From Klebsiella phage TSK1: a DNA stretch of 49,836 nt. Each line of letters starts with the position of its first letter. The first letter of the stretch is position 1. A model generated the notes under the pieces. That model did not search any database, had not been told where the DNA came from, and was given only the letters and a program-made list of their open reading frames with translations. The DNA lies in the sequence record MH688453.1; one strand, 5' to 3'. Position numbers and translations under genes: made by a program. Shown here one piece after another: positions 31,221 through 38,761 of this stretch.

Positions 31221-31279
31221 GATAAAGTTTCCTTTTCCTGATTGGTAATGCGCACTATATCACAAGTGCGCACCAGTGT

Positions 31280-32326
31280 TTAGCTATTTGTGCCGTATAC
31301 GTCCGGGAACATGTATTTCACAAACTGCGGAGTAGGCAAAACGACTTCCGCCGCGTTTGACTCATATGATGGCCATGAATCATGCTTCACGCATTCCGCA
31401 TACTGATGAATCACGCTTTGATACTGCTTGCGACCGATCTCGATCTGCTGGCTGGTCAGGGTGAACGCCAGCGGAGCAAACGGTGATTTTTTCTCCTGCG
31501 TTAGCAGTCTGACAACTACCGGGCGTTTTTCGTTGTAGGTCTTCACAAACAGATCGCGCTGCAATGCCATCTTGAGATAGTAGCCCAAATTGAAGGCGAG
31601 TCGCCCGAAATCGTCCGGCTTGGAAGATTGTGTGGTTTTGTAGTCGGTAATCACCACTACCTCGAAAACTTCATCCGGGTTGAACCCCCACTCCTTGATG
31701 AGTTCTGGATCGGAAACCACGTCAACATGATCGAGTCGAACCTTGACCTTGACGCCGAAGATCTCACCGAAGATTGACAATTCACGCTGCGCGGTGGGCG
31801 ATTCGATACATGCGGCGTGTCGCGGGTTGGCCAGCATCACGCTGCGCATTTGAACAACGGCATCGAAATCAACATCCTTAACCAGCTTGCGCCCGGAGTT
31901 CATCGCGGCGCTTTCGTCGCAAAATTCAATCGCCCACCAAACATTTACGTCAATCCCGGAGCGATATGCCATTTCCAGAAGTTCCGGGTAATCCTTGTTG
32001 GACGTCCCAATCAGGCCACACGCTTTCAGCTTCGCAGACAATGCCGACTTCGACGTAATCAGATCTTTAACCTCGCCCGGAGAAGTCGCCCGCAGGTACT
32101 CGCCATTAAATTTTGCCGTCTCAAGCATACAGGTATGCGAACAGGTTCCGAACGCCAGCGCTGCGGTTTCCTCGCGCACCTTGAATTTCCAGTGCGCCGG
32201 GGATGTTGCGTAAATCTCGCCGAGGCTTGAGCCGCTAACGTACTCCGCGCACCAGGAATCAGGATCGTGATATTGCTCGTTAGTCAATTCACTGCTTGTG
32301 TATGCCCTGAAAATTGCTTCAGCCAT
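31280..32326 (-). CDS. RecE/exonuclease VIII-like PD-(D/E)XK nuclease
   Basis: FGTCSHTCMLE, KVRLDHV, VVITDYKTT motifs; adjacent to Erf. Confidence 0.8.
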   Translation of the reverse strand: MAEAIFRAYTSSELTNEQYHDPDSWCAEYVSGSSLGEIYATSPAHWKFKVREETAALAFGTCSHTCMLETAKFNGEYLRATSPGEVKDLITSKSALSAKLKACGLIGTSNKDYPELLEMAYRSGIDVNVWWAIEFCDESAAMNSGRKLVKDVDFDAVVQMRSVMLANPRHAACIESPTAQRELSIFGEIFGVKVKVRLDHVDVVSDPELIKEWGFNPDEVFEVVVITDYKTTQSSKPDDFGRLAFNLGYYLKMALQRDLFVKTYNEKRPVVVRLLTQEKKSPFAPLAFTLTSQQIEIGRKQYQSVIHQYAECVKHDSWPSYESNAAEVVLPTPQFVKYMFPDVYGTNS

Positions 32327-32359
32327 TGATATTGCTCCATTTGTGGTTTCGTTGCGTTA

Positions 32360-32402
32360 AGTATACGCATGACGATTCCCGGCGCAAGTCAAAAAGTGCT
32401 AT
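32360..32402 (-). promoter_or_regulatory. marbox-like module with degenerate right half (box 32384-32402, -10 TATACT)
   Basis: Minus ATAGCACTTTTTGACTTGC then TATACT 18 nt downstream of the box. Confidence 0.5.
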
Positions 32403-32429
32403 CCGCAGTTGGTCAAAAAATGAGCGAAA

Positions 32430-32462
32430 TTTACGTAAGATTTAGTAAGATGCATCTTACGT
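32430..32462. repeat. GTAAGAT repeat cluster C1
   Basis: TTTACGTAAGATTTAGTAAGATGCATCTTACGT, containing perfect palindrome GTAAGATGCATCTTAC (32445-32460). Confidence 0.8.
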
Positions 32463-32610
32463 GATTTTTCCTATATATTTCATCGAGTTAATACAAATCG
32501 GTAAGATAGTAAGATCCCTATAGGTAAATATCCATGAAAAATCTGGCGCGAAATCCAGCGAAAAAGACACGCACCCCGGAGAAATCTTACCAAGATTGAT
32601 AGATACAGAC

Positions 32611-32649
32611 AGAGTAATAATAATAATATTGTTATTTATCATATACTTA
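32611..32649. repeat. AT-rich 39-bp element, inverted copy at 48761-48799
   Basis: AGAGTAATAATAATAATATTGTTATTTATCATATACTTA. Confidence 0.9.
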
Positions 32650-32694
32650 CTATCTATATATTGCGGTTAATTGGTTAAATTTTGCGCGAAATTT

Positions 32695-32727
32695 ACGTAA
32701 GATTCATCTTACTAAATCTTACCTAAA
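32695..32727. repeat. GTAAGAT repeat cluster C2 (inverted relative to C1)
   Basis: ACGTAAGATTCATCTTACTAAATCTTACCTAAA; 31/33 identical to reverse complement of C1. Confidence 0.85.
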
Positions 32728-32765
32728 GTGGTTCGACCAGTTGCAAGCCACTGAATTTCAGGCAT

Positions 32766-32803
32766 AAAAAAAAGGTAAGACTGATTTTCTCAATCTTACC
32801 TAA
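32766..32803 (-). terminator. terminator of leftward primase gene
   Basis: Minus AGGTAAGATTGA-GAAAA-TCAGTCTTACCTTTTTTTT. Confidence 0.75.
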
Positions 32804-32821
32804 ATTCTGGTCAATATTTAA

Positions 32822-33781
32822 TCAGAGAAGTGATGATGCCTTGTATAGCTTACGCTCAAAGCCGAGCTTGAAGTTGTCACCGTTCGGAACGATAACCTTT
32901 ATATCCCGATCGTCGGCAGCCGCCAGCATATCCCTATCTCCACGACGGCAAACTACCCGCATTTCTCGCTTACCTTCCCCGCCCTTGCCTTTATACCTGT
33001 ACGCCACGATCTCGACGTTGGAAGGTATGATGCAGGCCCAAACGTCGCACTTGAACGAACTGGCAATATTGAAGTGCATCGCCTCAATCCAGGATCGAGC
33101 AAGGTAAATCGGCCCGTTACCGTCGTCGCTCTGATTGGTCACTATCACCGATCCGAAGGTCAGATCTCCAGCTAACATCTTCTCCCTGCCTTCTTCATCA
33201 ATGAACAGGATATTGCAATACTCATCATCCAGCCCATCTTCATGCACGAGTTGCATCGGTAGCGCGTGAATTAGCTCCTGTCTGCCGTTCTCGTGAGTTT
33301 TTACGCCAACCTGATATGATTTGATATGCTCATTTTCAATGCCCTCATAGAGCGTTACAGGCGTGCTATCGACGACCTCCGTTCTGTTTAAAACTGCCAG
33401 CACTCTTTCATGATCTGCCATCTTGCCGTAGTCATACCCGTTATCACGAGACACCTGCTTGTTTCTCTTGACAACGTATTCTTGCGGAACCTTGCCGAGA
33501 TAGCGCCCAAGAATGTTGATGCACTCGCTATACGGCTGGCCGCTTAACTTCATTAACCAGCCGATCCCCTTATCAGCACCGCATCCGCCACAGTATGCGC
33601 CGCCGTCGCCGCGCGTTTCTAACTTGTCAGTCCAGCGGAATCGGTCTTTGCCGCCGCAGTTCGGGCAGTCCTGGTGCTTGCCGTTGAAGTATCGAGAGTG
33701 GATGCCGCAAATGTTCTGCAACGCTTCGCGCCACATGCCAGCCATGTACGGCAAAACCTCTTTTTCATCGTAAAAATCCAC
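32822..33781 (-). CDS. DNA primase (CHC2-like zinc finger + TOPRIM-like)
   Basis: CPNCGGKDRFRW ... YCGGCGADKGIGWLMKLSG and later Toprim-like VIVPNGDNF region. Confidence 0.75.
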   Translation of the reverse strand: MDFYDEKEVLPYMAGMWREALQNICGIHSRYFNGKHQDCPNCGGKDRFRWTDKLETRGDGGAYCGGCGADKGIGWLMKLSGQPYSECINILGRYLGKVPQEYVVKRNKQVSRDNGYDYGKMADHERVLAVLNRTEVVDSTPVTLYEGIENEHIKSYQVGVKTHENGRQELIHALPMQLVHEDGLDDEYCNILFIDEEGREKMLAGDLTFGSVIVTNQSDDGNGPIYLARSWIEAMHFNIASSFKCDVWACIIPSNVEIVAYRYKGKGGEGKREMRVVCRRGDRDMLAAADDRDIKVIVPNGDNFKLGFERKLYKASSLL

Positions 33782-33797
33782 GTCGTTACCTCCAAAT

Positions 33798-33838
33798 AAA
33801 AAACGCCTACACGAGAATGATAACCCGGCAGGCGTTTA
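33798..33838 (-). terminator. terminator-like hairpin
   Basis: AAACGCCT ... AGGCGTTT with T run in minus orientation; long loop. Confidence 0.45.
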
Positions 33839-33856
33839 GTGTTTAGACAAATTGTG

Positions 33857-34258
33857 CTATCGGACTACGCGGAGCATTTCCCGGCGGTCGCATCGGCGCG
33901 TAACTGGCTTGCCGTTGCTGTCAAACCTTAAATCTGGTCGGCAGAATGAGGCGCGGAAACCTTTGCAATTGTTCCGGCGGTAGCTCTTGTGTACGAGATA
34001 AGCGCCATCGGCTGAGATCATGCCGCGCTTACGCCACTGCTGAACAACCTGGATGCTAACCCCCAACTCTTTTGCCGTTCCCGCTATACCACCGAAGGCA
34101 TCAATAACAAGCTCCATTCGCGCAGTCAACCCGGCGCGAACCTCATCCTTCAGCACGTAGTAACCAGTCGGTCGCTTGCGTTTCTTCTTATCTTTCCCGC
34201 GCGATGTTCCGTTATTGCCGTTCAAGGTTCGCTTATCAATCTTTGCCATTTGTTCCAT
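33857..34258 (-). CDS. YdaS/Cro-like HTH regulator
   Basis: FGGIAGTAKELGVSIQVVQQWRKRGMISADGAYLVHK. Confidence 0.65.
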   Translation of the reverse strand: MEQMAKIDKRTLNGNNGTSRGKDKKKRKRPTGYYVLKDEVRAGLTARMELVIDAFGGIAGTAKELGVSIQVVQQWRKRGMISADGAYLVHKSYRRNNCKGFRASFCRPDLRFDSNGKPVTRRCDRREMLRVVR

Positions 34259-34270
34259 AATTTAACCCTC

Positions 34271-34313
34271 ATAGCATTTTTTGTTAAACCTGATAAAATG
34301 TTCCATGTATTAT
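34271..34313 (+). promoter_or_regulatory. marbox-like box (34271-34289) plus -10 TATTAT (34308-34313)
   Basis: ATAGCATTTTTTGTTAAAC-N18-TATTAT between divergent HTH and helicase genes. Confidence 0.65.
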
Positions 34314-34349
34314 ACACGCAACTATGCGAATGACAAATTAGGATTACCC

Positions 34350-36383
34350 ATGCTCACAATTGAACAACAAATTGAAGCCTACGCAGACAAGATCCCGCTA
34401 ATACAAAAGCGGTTCACCGTCGGAAATATCGTTCCTTACCCGTATCAGGCGGTTGCGTATATTGAGACCGCGAAGCGGATCGCAAAATATGAACATCCGT
34501 TTTACATTAAGGCTTCGGTTTCAGCCGGGAAAACCATCATGATCGCCATGCTCGCGGCGCAGTGCAAGGCAATGAACTTACCCATGATGGTTCTTGCTCG
34601 CCAGGCCGAGATCGTGAAGCAGGATTCCGAGGAGATCAGTAACCTAGATGTTCCCAACTCCGTTTATTGCGCCGGGTTAGGCACAAAGGCGGCATACTTC
34701 CCGATCGTCGTCGGATCTGAAGGTACGGTGGTTAATGGCCTGTTTAAAATGCTGGGCGACTACGTGCCTTCAGTTCTGGCCATTGACGAATGCCACCAGG
34801 TTGACTGGCAAGATTTGGCGGAGGCGATCGCCAACAATGAATCGTTCGAGTACATGAGCCGACCGAAGGATAAGCCGTATCGCGTGAACGGGGAACTGGT
34901 CGACGCCGACTACCAATACGACGAAAAATTCGACGACGTAGAATTCGGCGGCGGTCGCACGCAGTACACGATCGTCATTTGCGAGTTAATGCGGAGGTGC
35001 CTTGAGAAGACAGGGCGAGAACTTCGCATCGTCGGTTATACGGGTTCGGAGTTTCGCGGTGTAATCCCCATCTTGCAGGAAGACAAGACGCAGCCGGGAT
35101 TCTGGCGCGAGCAGATCACCGACATTAACACAAACTATCTTGTCGAGTTCGGATCGGTTGTTCCCACCATTTTCGGCGATACCGAGGCAGATGGGTTGGG
35201 TTATGATCTTTCAGAATTCCACGGCTCCAGTCAGGACGGTACGCAGGATTTTAGCGCGGAAGAATTGCGCAAGATGGAAAAGAAAATCCACGAATCCGGC
35301 GAAATGACGAAGCTGATTATGCAAAAGGTCGTGGAGCGTGCGAAAACCCGAAACGGCGTTCTGATAACTTGCGCTGGCCAGCGGCATTGCAAGGAAGCGG
35401 CGAGCTATCTACCGCCGGACGCAACATACGCGATCATCACCGAGAAGACCAACTCGAAGAAACGCGGCGAAATTTTGGATAAGGCGAATCGCGGGGAGAT
35501 TAAATACATCTTCCAGGTGATGGCCCTAACCACTGGCGTTAACGTTCCGTTTTGGGATTTTTCGGTGATATTGCGCAAGATCGGATCGCTTACGTTGCTT
35601 ATTCAGCTTTTGGGTCGCGGTATGCGACTGCTAAAAGACTGGCAAAAACAGCCGCCTTACTCGTGGGTAAAGGAAGACCATTTAGTTTGGGACTTCGCCG
35701 GGACTATGGACGATTTGGGCCAGCTATATTTCGATCCGATTCTTGAGCAGGCGCAATACCAAAGACGCAAGAGCAGCAAGAATGGCCCGAAAATTTGCCC
35801 GGTATGCAAGGGAGAAAATAGCGAGTACGCCCGCCGATGCATCCACAAAGACAGCAACGGTAATCGTTGCGAATACTTCTGGATCTCGCAGCGCTGCGAA
35901 GACCAGAAAGACCCGCGAACAGGAAAGATTAAAGTAAAGGGGTGTTACGCTGAAAACGATATTGTTGCTCGCCAGTGCAGATGCTGCGGGGTGCAGCTTA
36001 AAGACCCCAATGACAACCTCACCGGGAAGCACTATACGCAGAATGACTGGTATGATGTTGTCGGGTTCGATATCGGCTTGACTCGTAATCAGTCCGGGAT
36101 CATCTTCAATTACGTGTTGCTGAACCATGACGGCGAGCGATTCACCGCAAGGGAAAAGTTCTTCCCGGAATCAGAGAATCAGATTTGCGGCAAGTTATGG
36201 CGGCAAAAGGCAGTCTTCCAGCACGTTAGCGACGCGGTAATGCGCGGCAAGTTGGGCGGGATGAAAAATGCGCGAAAAATCCTTGAGAATGCGCATTACT
36301 TCCGAGCGCCGAAGCGCGTAACTCATCGCGTTAACGGTAAGAAGGAAGATATTATTTCACGCAAAGACTTTGGAGACGAATAG
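34350..36383 (+). CDS. DEAD/DEAH-type superfamily II helicase
   Basis: IKASVSAGKTIMI (motif I), LAIDECHQVDW (motif II), LIQLLGRGMRL (motif VI), C-terminal Cys clusters CPVCKGEN and CRCCGVQ. Confidence 0.88.
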   Translation: MLTIEQQIEAYADKIPLIQKRFTVGNIVPYPYQAVAYIETAKRIAKYEHPFYIKASVSAGKTIMIAMLAAQCKAMNLPMMVLARQAEIVKQDSEEISNLDVPNSVYCAGLGTKAAYFPIVVGSEGTVVNGLFKMLGDYVPSVLAIDECHQVDWQDLAEAIANNESFEYMSRPKDKPYRVNGELVDADYQYDEKFDDVEFGGGRTQYTIVICELMRRCLEKTGRELRIVGYTGSEFRGVIPILQEDKTQPGFWREQITDINTNYLVEFGSVVPTIFGDTEADGLGYDLSEFHGSSQDGTQDFSAEELRKMEKKIHESGEMTKLIMQKVVERAKTRNGVLITCAGQRHCKEAASYLPPDATYAIITEKTNSKKRGEILDKANRGEIKYIFQVMALTTGVNVPFWDFSVILRKIGSLTLLIQLLGRGMRLLKDWQKQPPYSWVKEDHLVWDFAGTMDDLGQLYFDPILEQAQYQRRKSSKNGPKICPVCKGENSEYARRCIHKDSNGNRCEYFWISQRCEDQKDPRTGKIKVKGCYAENDIVARQCRCCGVQLKDPNDNLTGKHYTQNDWYDVVGFDIGLTRNQSGIIFNYVLLNHDGERFTAREKFFPESENQICGKLWRQKAVFQHVSDAVMRGKLGGMKNARKILENAHYFRAPKRVTHRVNGKKEDIISRKDFGDE

Positions 36384-36790
36384 TGATTACTGATAAAGGT
36401 GATTATCTCGAATACTACGGCGGGCCTGTGAAGGCCTGTCCGCTTGAGAAAATCGATCAGATGAATAGCGTTTCGTGGCTGCGTCACGAATACCCTGATT
36501 ATCTGTTCTGGCATACGGTTAACGAAGGGAGTAAGCACAAGGCGAGCGCGGTTATCGATCATCAAATGGGGTTGCTGAAGGGCGTTAGCGACATTCTGAT
36601 CCTGATTGGGTTCGGCGGAAAATACCCGTTCGCGGCCATCGAGCTAAAGCGCCAGGGCAAGGCGCAGGCGTCGCCAGTGAGCAAGGAGCAAAGGGAATTC
36701 CTTGCTGCCGTCCGGCGTCGCGGCGGATTCGCCGCCGTGGCCTATGGCTTCGAGCAATTCAAGATCGCTTTCTGCGATGCCATCAAATAG
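36383..36790 (+). CDS. VRR-NUC domain nuclease
   Basis: HKASAVIDHQMGLLKGVSDILIL...FAAIELKRQGKAQASPVSKEQREFL. Confidence 0.8.
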   Translation: MITDKGDYLEYYGGPVKACPLEKIDQMNSVSWLRHEYPDYLFWHTVNEGSKHKASAVIDHQMGLLKGVSDILILIGFGGKYPFAAIELKRQGKAQASPVSKEQREFLAAVRRRGGFAAVAYGFEQFKIAFCDAIK

Positions 36791-36830
36791 CACTTTTTGT
36801 TAAAAACGCCCGGCGAAAGCCGGGTATTAT
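36787..36830 (+). promoter_or_regulatory. marbox-like box (36787-36805) plus -10 TATTAT (36825-36830)
   Basis: ATAGCACTTTTTGTTAAAA-N19-TATTAT; GC hairpin CCCGGC-GAAA-GCCGGG in the spacer. Confidence 0.75.
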
Positions 36831-36863
36831 TACCACATCGAAACGAAGAACGGAGTGTTGAAA

Positions 36864-37142
36864 ATGAAAAAGATGCTAGCTTTAGTTGTTCTGTCTCTTG
36901 GTCTTATTGGTTGCAGCGAAAAACCGAAAACATATGATTGCGGTGGTGAAGCGTTCGAGGTAACTAGCAACTATATGAAAGTTGTAAAGGGTGAGAACTC
37001 CGGCGTTATAATTGATGGCGCTGGCGAAAATCAATATAAACTGCTTACTCCTTTTGGGTACGCTCATTATGAAGTCAACAAAAACACTATTTATGTTAGT
37101 GTAGGCGCTTTTCACAATACCTTAACCTGCGAGGTTAAATAA
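36864..37142 (+). CDS. small lipoprotein
   Basis: Signal peptide MKKMLALVVLSLGLIGC (lipobox LIGC); further conserved-looking Cys at YDCGG and LTCEVK. Confidence 0.75.
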   Translation: MKKMLALVVLSLGLIGCSEKPKTYDCGGEAFEVTSNYMKVVKGENSGVIIDGAGENQYKLLTPFGYAHYEVNKNTIYVSVGAFHNTLTCEVK

Positions 37143-37144
37143 TA

Positions 37145-37876
37145 ATGGCAAAAGATATCGCAGACAAAGACACTCGTGACGCATTCATCACGTTTGAGCA
37201 ATTGGAGCGCGAAACGTTTATTGGCAATGCCCTTGCTACCGGCGGACACTATCAGGCTGTCAGGCCAGACAAGTTTTACCAGGTAACAGGCAACCGATAC
37301 GCCGGGAGCAAAACCCCTGATATCGTGCGAGATAAATGGGCGACCGATCGCAGCCTGATCGCATACATGGAAGATCGCTACGGCCCATACGACATCGACG
37401 CCGCCGCAGACCAAAGCAACGCAGTTTGCCAGAAGTTCTACGACGAAAAAACAGATTGCCTTAAACGCTGGTGGGGAAAAAACAAGCACGTTTGGCTGAA
37501 TCCGCCTTACTCGTTTCCAGATCCGTTTATTCTCAAAGCCATTGAGCAAATGGAGCACGATAACCAGATCGACATTCTTCTACCCGGCGACAATTCTACG
37601 GCCTGGTTTCGTGACGCGCAGAAGATGGCCGCCGAGATTATCTGGATTGTTGCCGATGTTGAAGAGGATGATGACGGGAACCAGTTAAGCCGATCCGGTC
37701 GCCTCGCCTTCATCAACGGACTAAGCGGGAAGCCAGTCGACAACAACAATAAAGGAAGTGTTATTTTCATCATGCGCAAACTCAAGCCTGGAGAGGAGCA
37801 AAAGACGCTTTACATTCCGGTAAGCGAGATTTGCCCGTCATTAGCTAAAAAGCGTATGCGCAAACGTGGGATCTGA
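37145..37876 (+). CDS. dam: phage DNA N6-adenine methyltransferase
   Basis: YDIDAAADQSNAVC, KHVWLNPPYS (NPPY motif). Confidence 0.85.
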   Translation: MAKDIADKDTRDAFITFEQLERETFIGNALATGGHYQAVRPDKFYQVTGNRYAGSKTPDIVRDKWATDRSLIAYMEDRYGPYDIDAAADQSNAVCQKFYDEKTDCLKRWWGKNKHVWLNPPYSFPDPFILKAIEQMEHDNQIDILLPGDNSTAWFRDAQKMAAEIIWIVADVEEDDDGNQLSRSGRLAFINGLSGKPVDNNNKGSVIFIMRKLKPGEEQKTLYIPVSEICPSLAKKRMRKRGI

Positions 37877-37880
37877 AAAA

Positions 37881-38117
37881 ATGGAACAGATAGAATCTTT
37901 CACCGAGTATCTTCGAATCGTTGTTGAACTACTGGACAAGCACGGCTTCATTGGTACGGATGAGGAAAAGTTAGCCTTTGCTGACACCATCGACGGAACC
38001 TACATGGAGTTCATGGACAACGGAACCCCGGTCGCTGACTGGCCAGAAATTCTTGAACGAGAATTGATTGAATTTAAATCACATGAAGGCGCGGAGTATT
38101 TCGCAAAACAGCACTAA
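37881..38117 (+). CDS. hypothetical protein
   Basis: ORF start MEQIESFTEYL. Confidence 0.6.
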   Translation: MEQIESFTEYLRIVVELLDKHGFIGTDEEKLAFADTIDGTYMEFMDNGTPVADWPEILERELIEFKSHEGAEYFAKQH

Positions 38118-38151
38118 TTGCTAAACAATACCCGCCGCGTGCGGGTATTAT
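38108..38151 (+). promoter_or_regulatory. marbox-like box (38108-38126) plus -10 TATTAT (38146-38151)
   Basis: ACAGCACTAATTGCTAAAC matches 14/14 constrained consensus positions; N19 then TATTAT. Confidence 0.75.
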
Positions 38152-38181
38152 TACACCATCAACCAATCAGGAGCAAACGCC

Positions 38182-38418
38182 ATGAAAACCAAAACCATTG
38201 CAGACACCATCAAGATCGTGCCAGCAAAAGCGCAAGTAGTATCGCGCCACCTGGTTAACCTTTCTCGCCTGTGCATGGCCGACTACATGGCGAACCCTTC
38301 AGAGAATGGCCTTGATGGTGTGGTCGGTGAGATTTATTTTCGCGCAGGGTACGGCCTGGAAAGTGTGGCCATGTATGAGCAAATGGCCGAAGGTTTTTGC
38401 ATTTACGGTGACGAATGA
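38182..38418 (+). CDS. hypothetical protein
   Basis: ORF with ACCAATCAGGAGC leader. Confidence 0.65.
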   Translation: MKTKTIADTIKIVPAKAQVVSRHLVNLSRLCMADYMANPSENGLDGVVGEIYFRAGYGLESVAMYEQMAEGFCIYGDE

Positions 38419-38666
38419 TGATTGTCGAGACTGGTCGCGCTGCCGTATGGCAGCACGCAAAAGAAGCAGGAATAAGTGATGATATCGTGAAGATCGCAAA
38501 GCATTTCGATATCAAAGATGTATCAATTATTTTTGGTGGGAAGCTCACCTATCTACACGAGCGCCCGGTGAAGCGCACGCGAATAGCAGTGGCAACGCGA
38601 GCGGAGGCAGACGCGCTGAAGATGTTCATCCACGAGTCTAAGCAGCAGAAGAAATATTACAAGTAG
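38415..38666 (+). CDS. hypothetical protein
   Basis: ORF coupled to previous gene. Confidence 0.6.
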   Translation: MMIVETGRAAVWQHAKEAGISDDIVKIAKHFDIKDVSIIFGGKLTYLHERPVKRTRIAVATRAEADALKMFIHESKQQKKYYK

Positions 38667-38680
38667 CGGGGAGGTGAAGA

Positions 38681-38758
38681 ATGCGATATATTGCGATCTT
38701 ATTTACGGCGATCCTGTTTACGATCGCAATCATTAACTATGCAATTCAATTGGGATAA
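38681..38758 (+). CDS. 25-aa single-TM microprotein
   Basis: MRYIAILFTAILFTIAIINYAIQLG with GGGGAGG upstream. Confidence 0.45.
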   Translation: MRYIAILFTAILFTIAIINYAIQLG

Positions 38759-38761
38759 ATT

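Noticed and set aside
32457-32642. 61-aa minus-strand ORF MINNNIIIITLSVSIN...
   Set aside because: Lies across the repeat-rich AT region, lacks an RBS, and its composition follows from the TAA/ATT repeats.
33857-34258. Prophage repressor / lysogeny module
   Set aside because: No integrase, attachment site, excisionase or partition genes seen; one HTH protein is insufficient to call a temperate phage.
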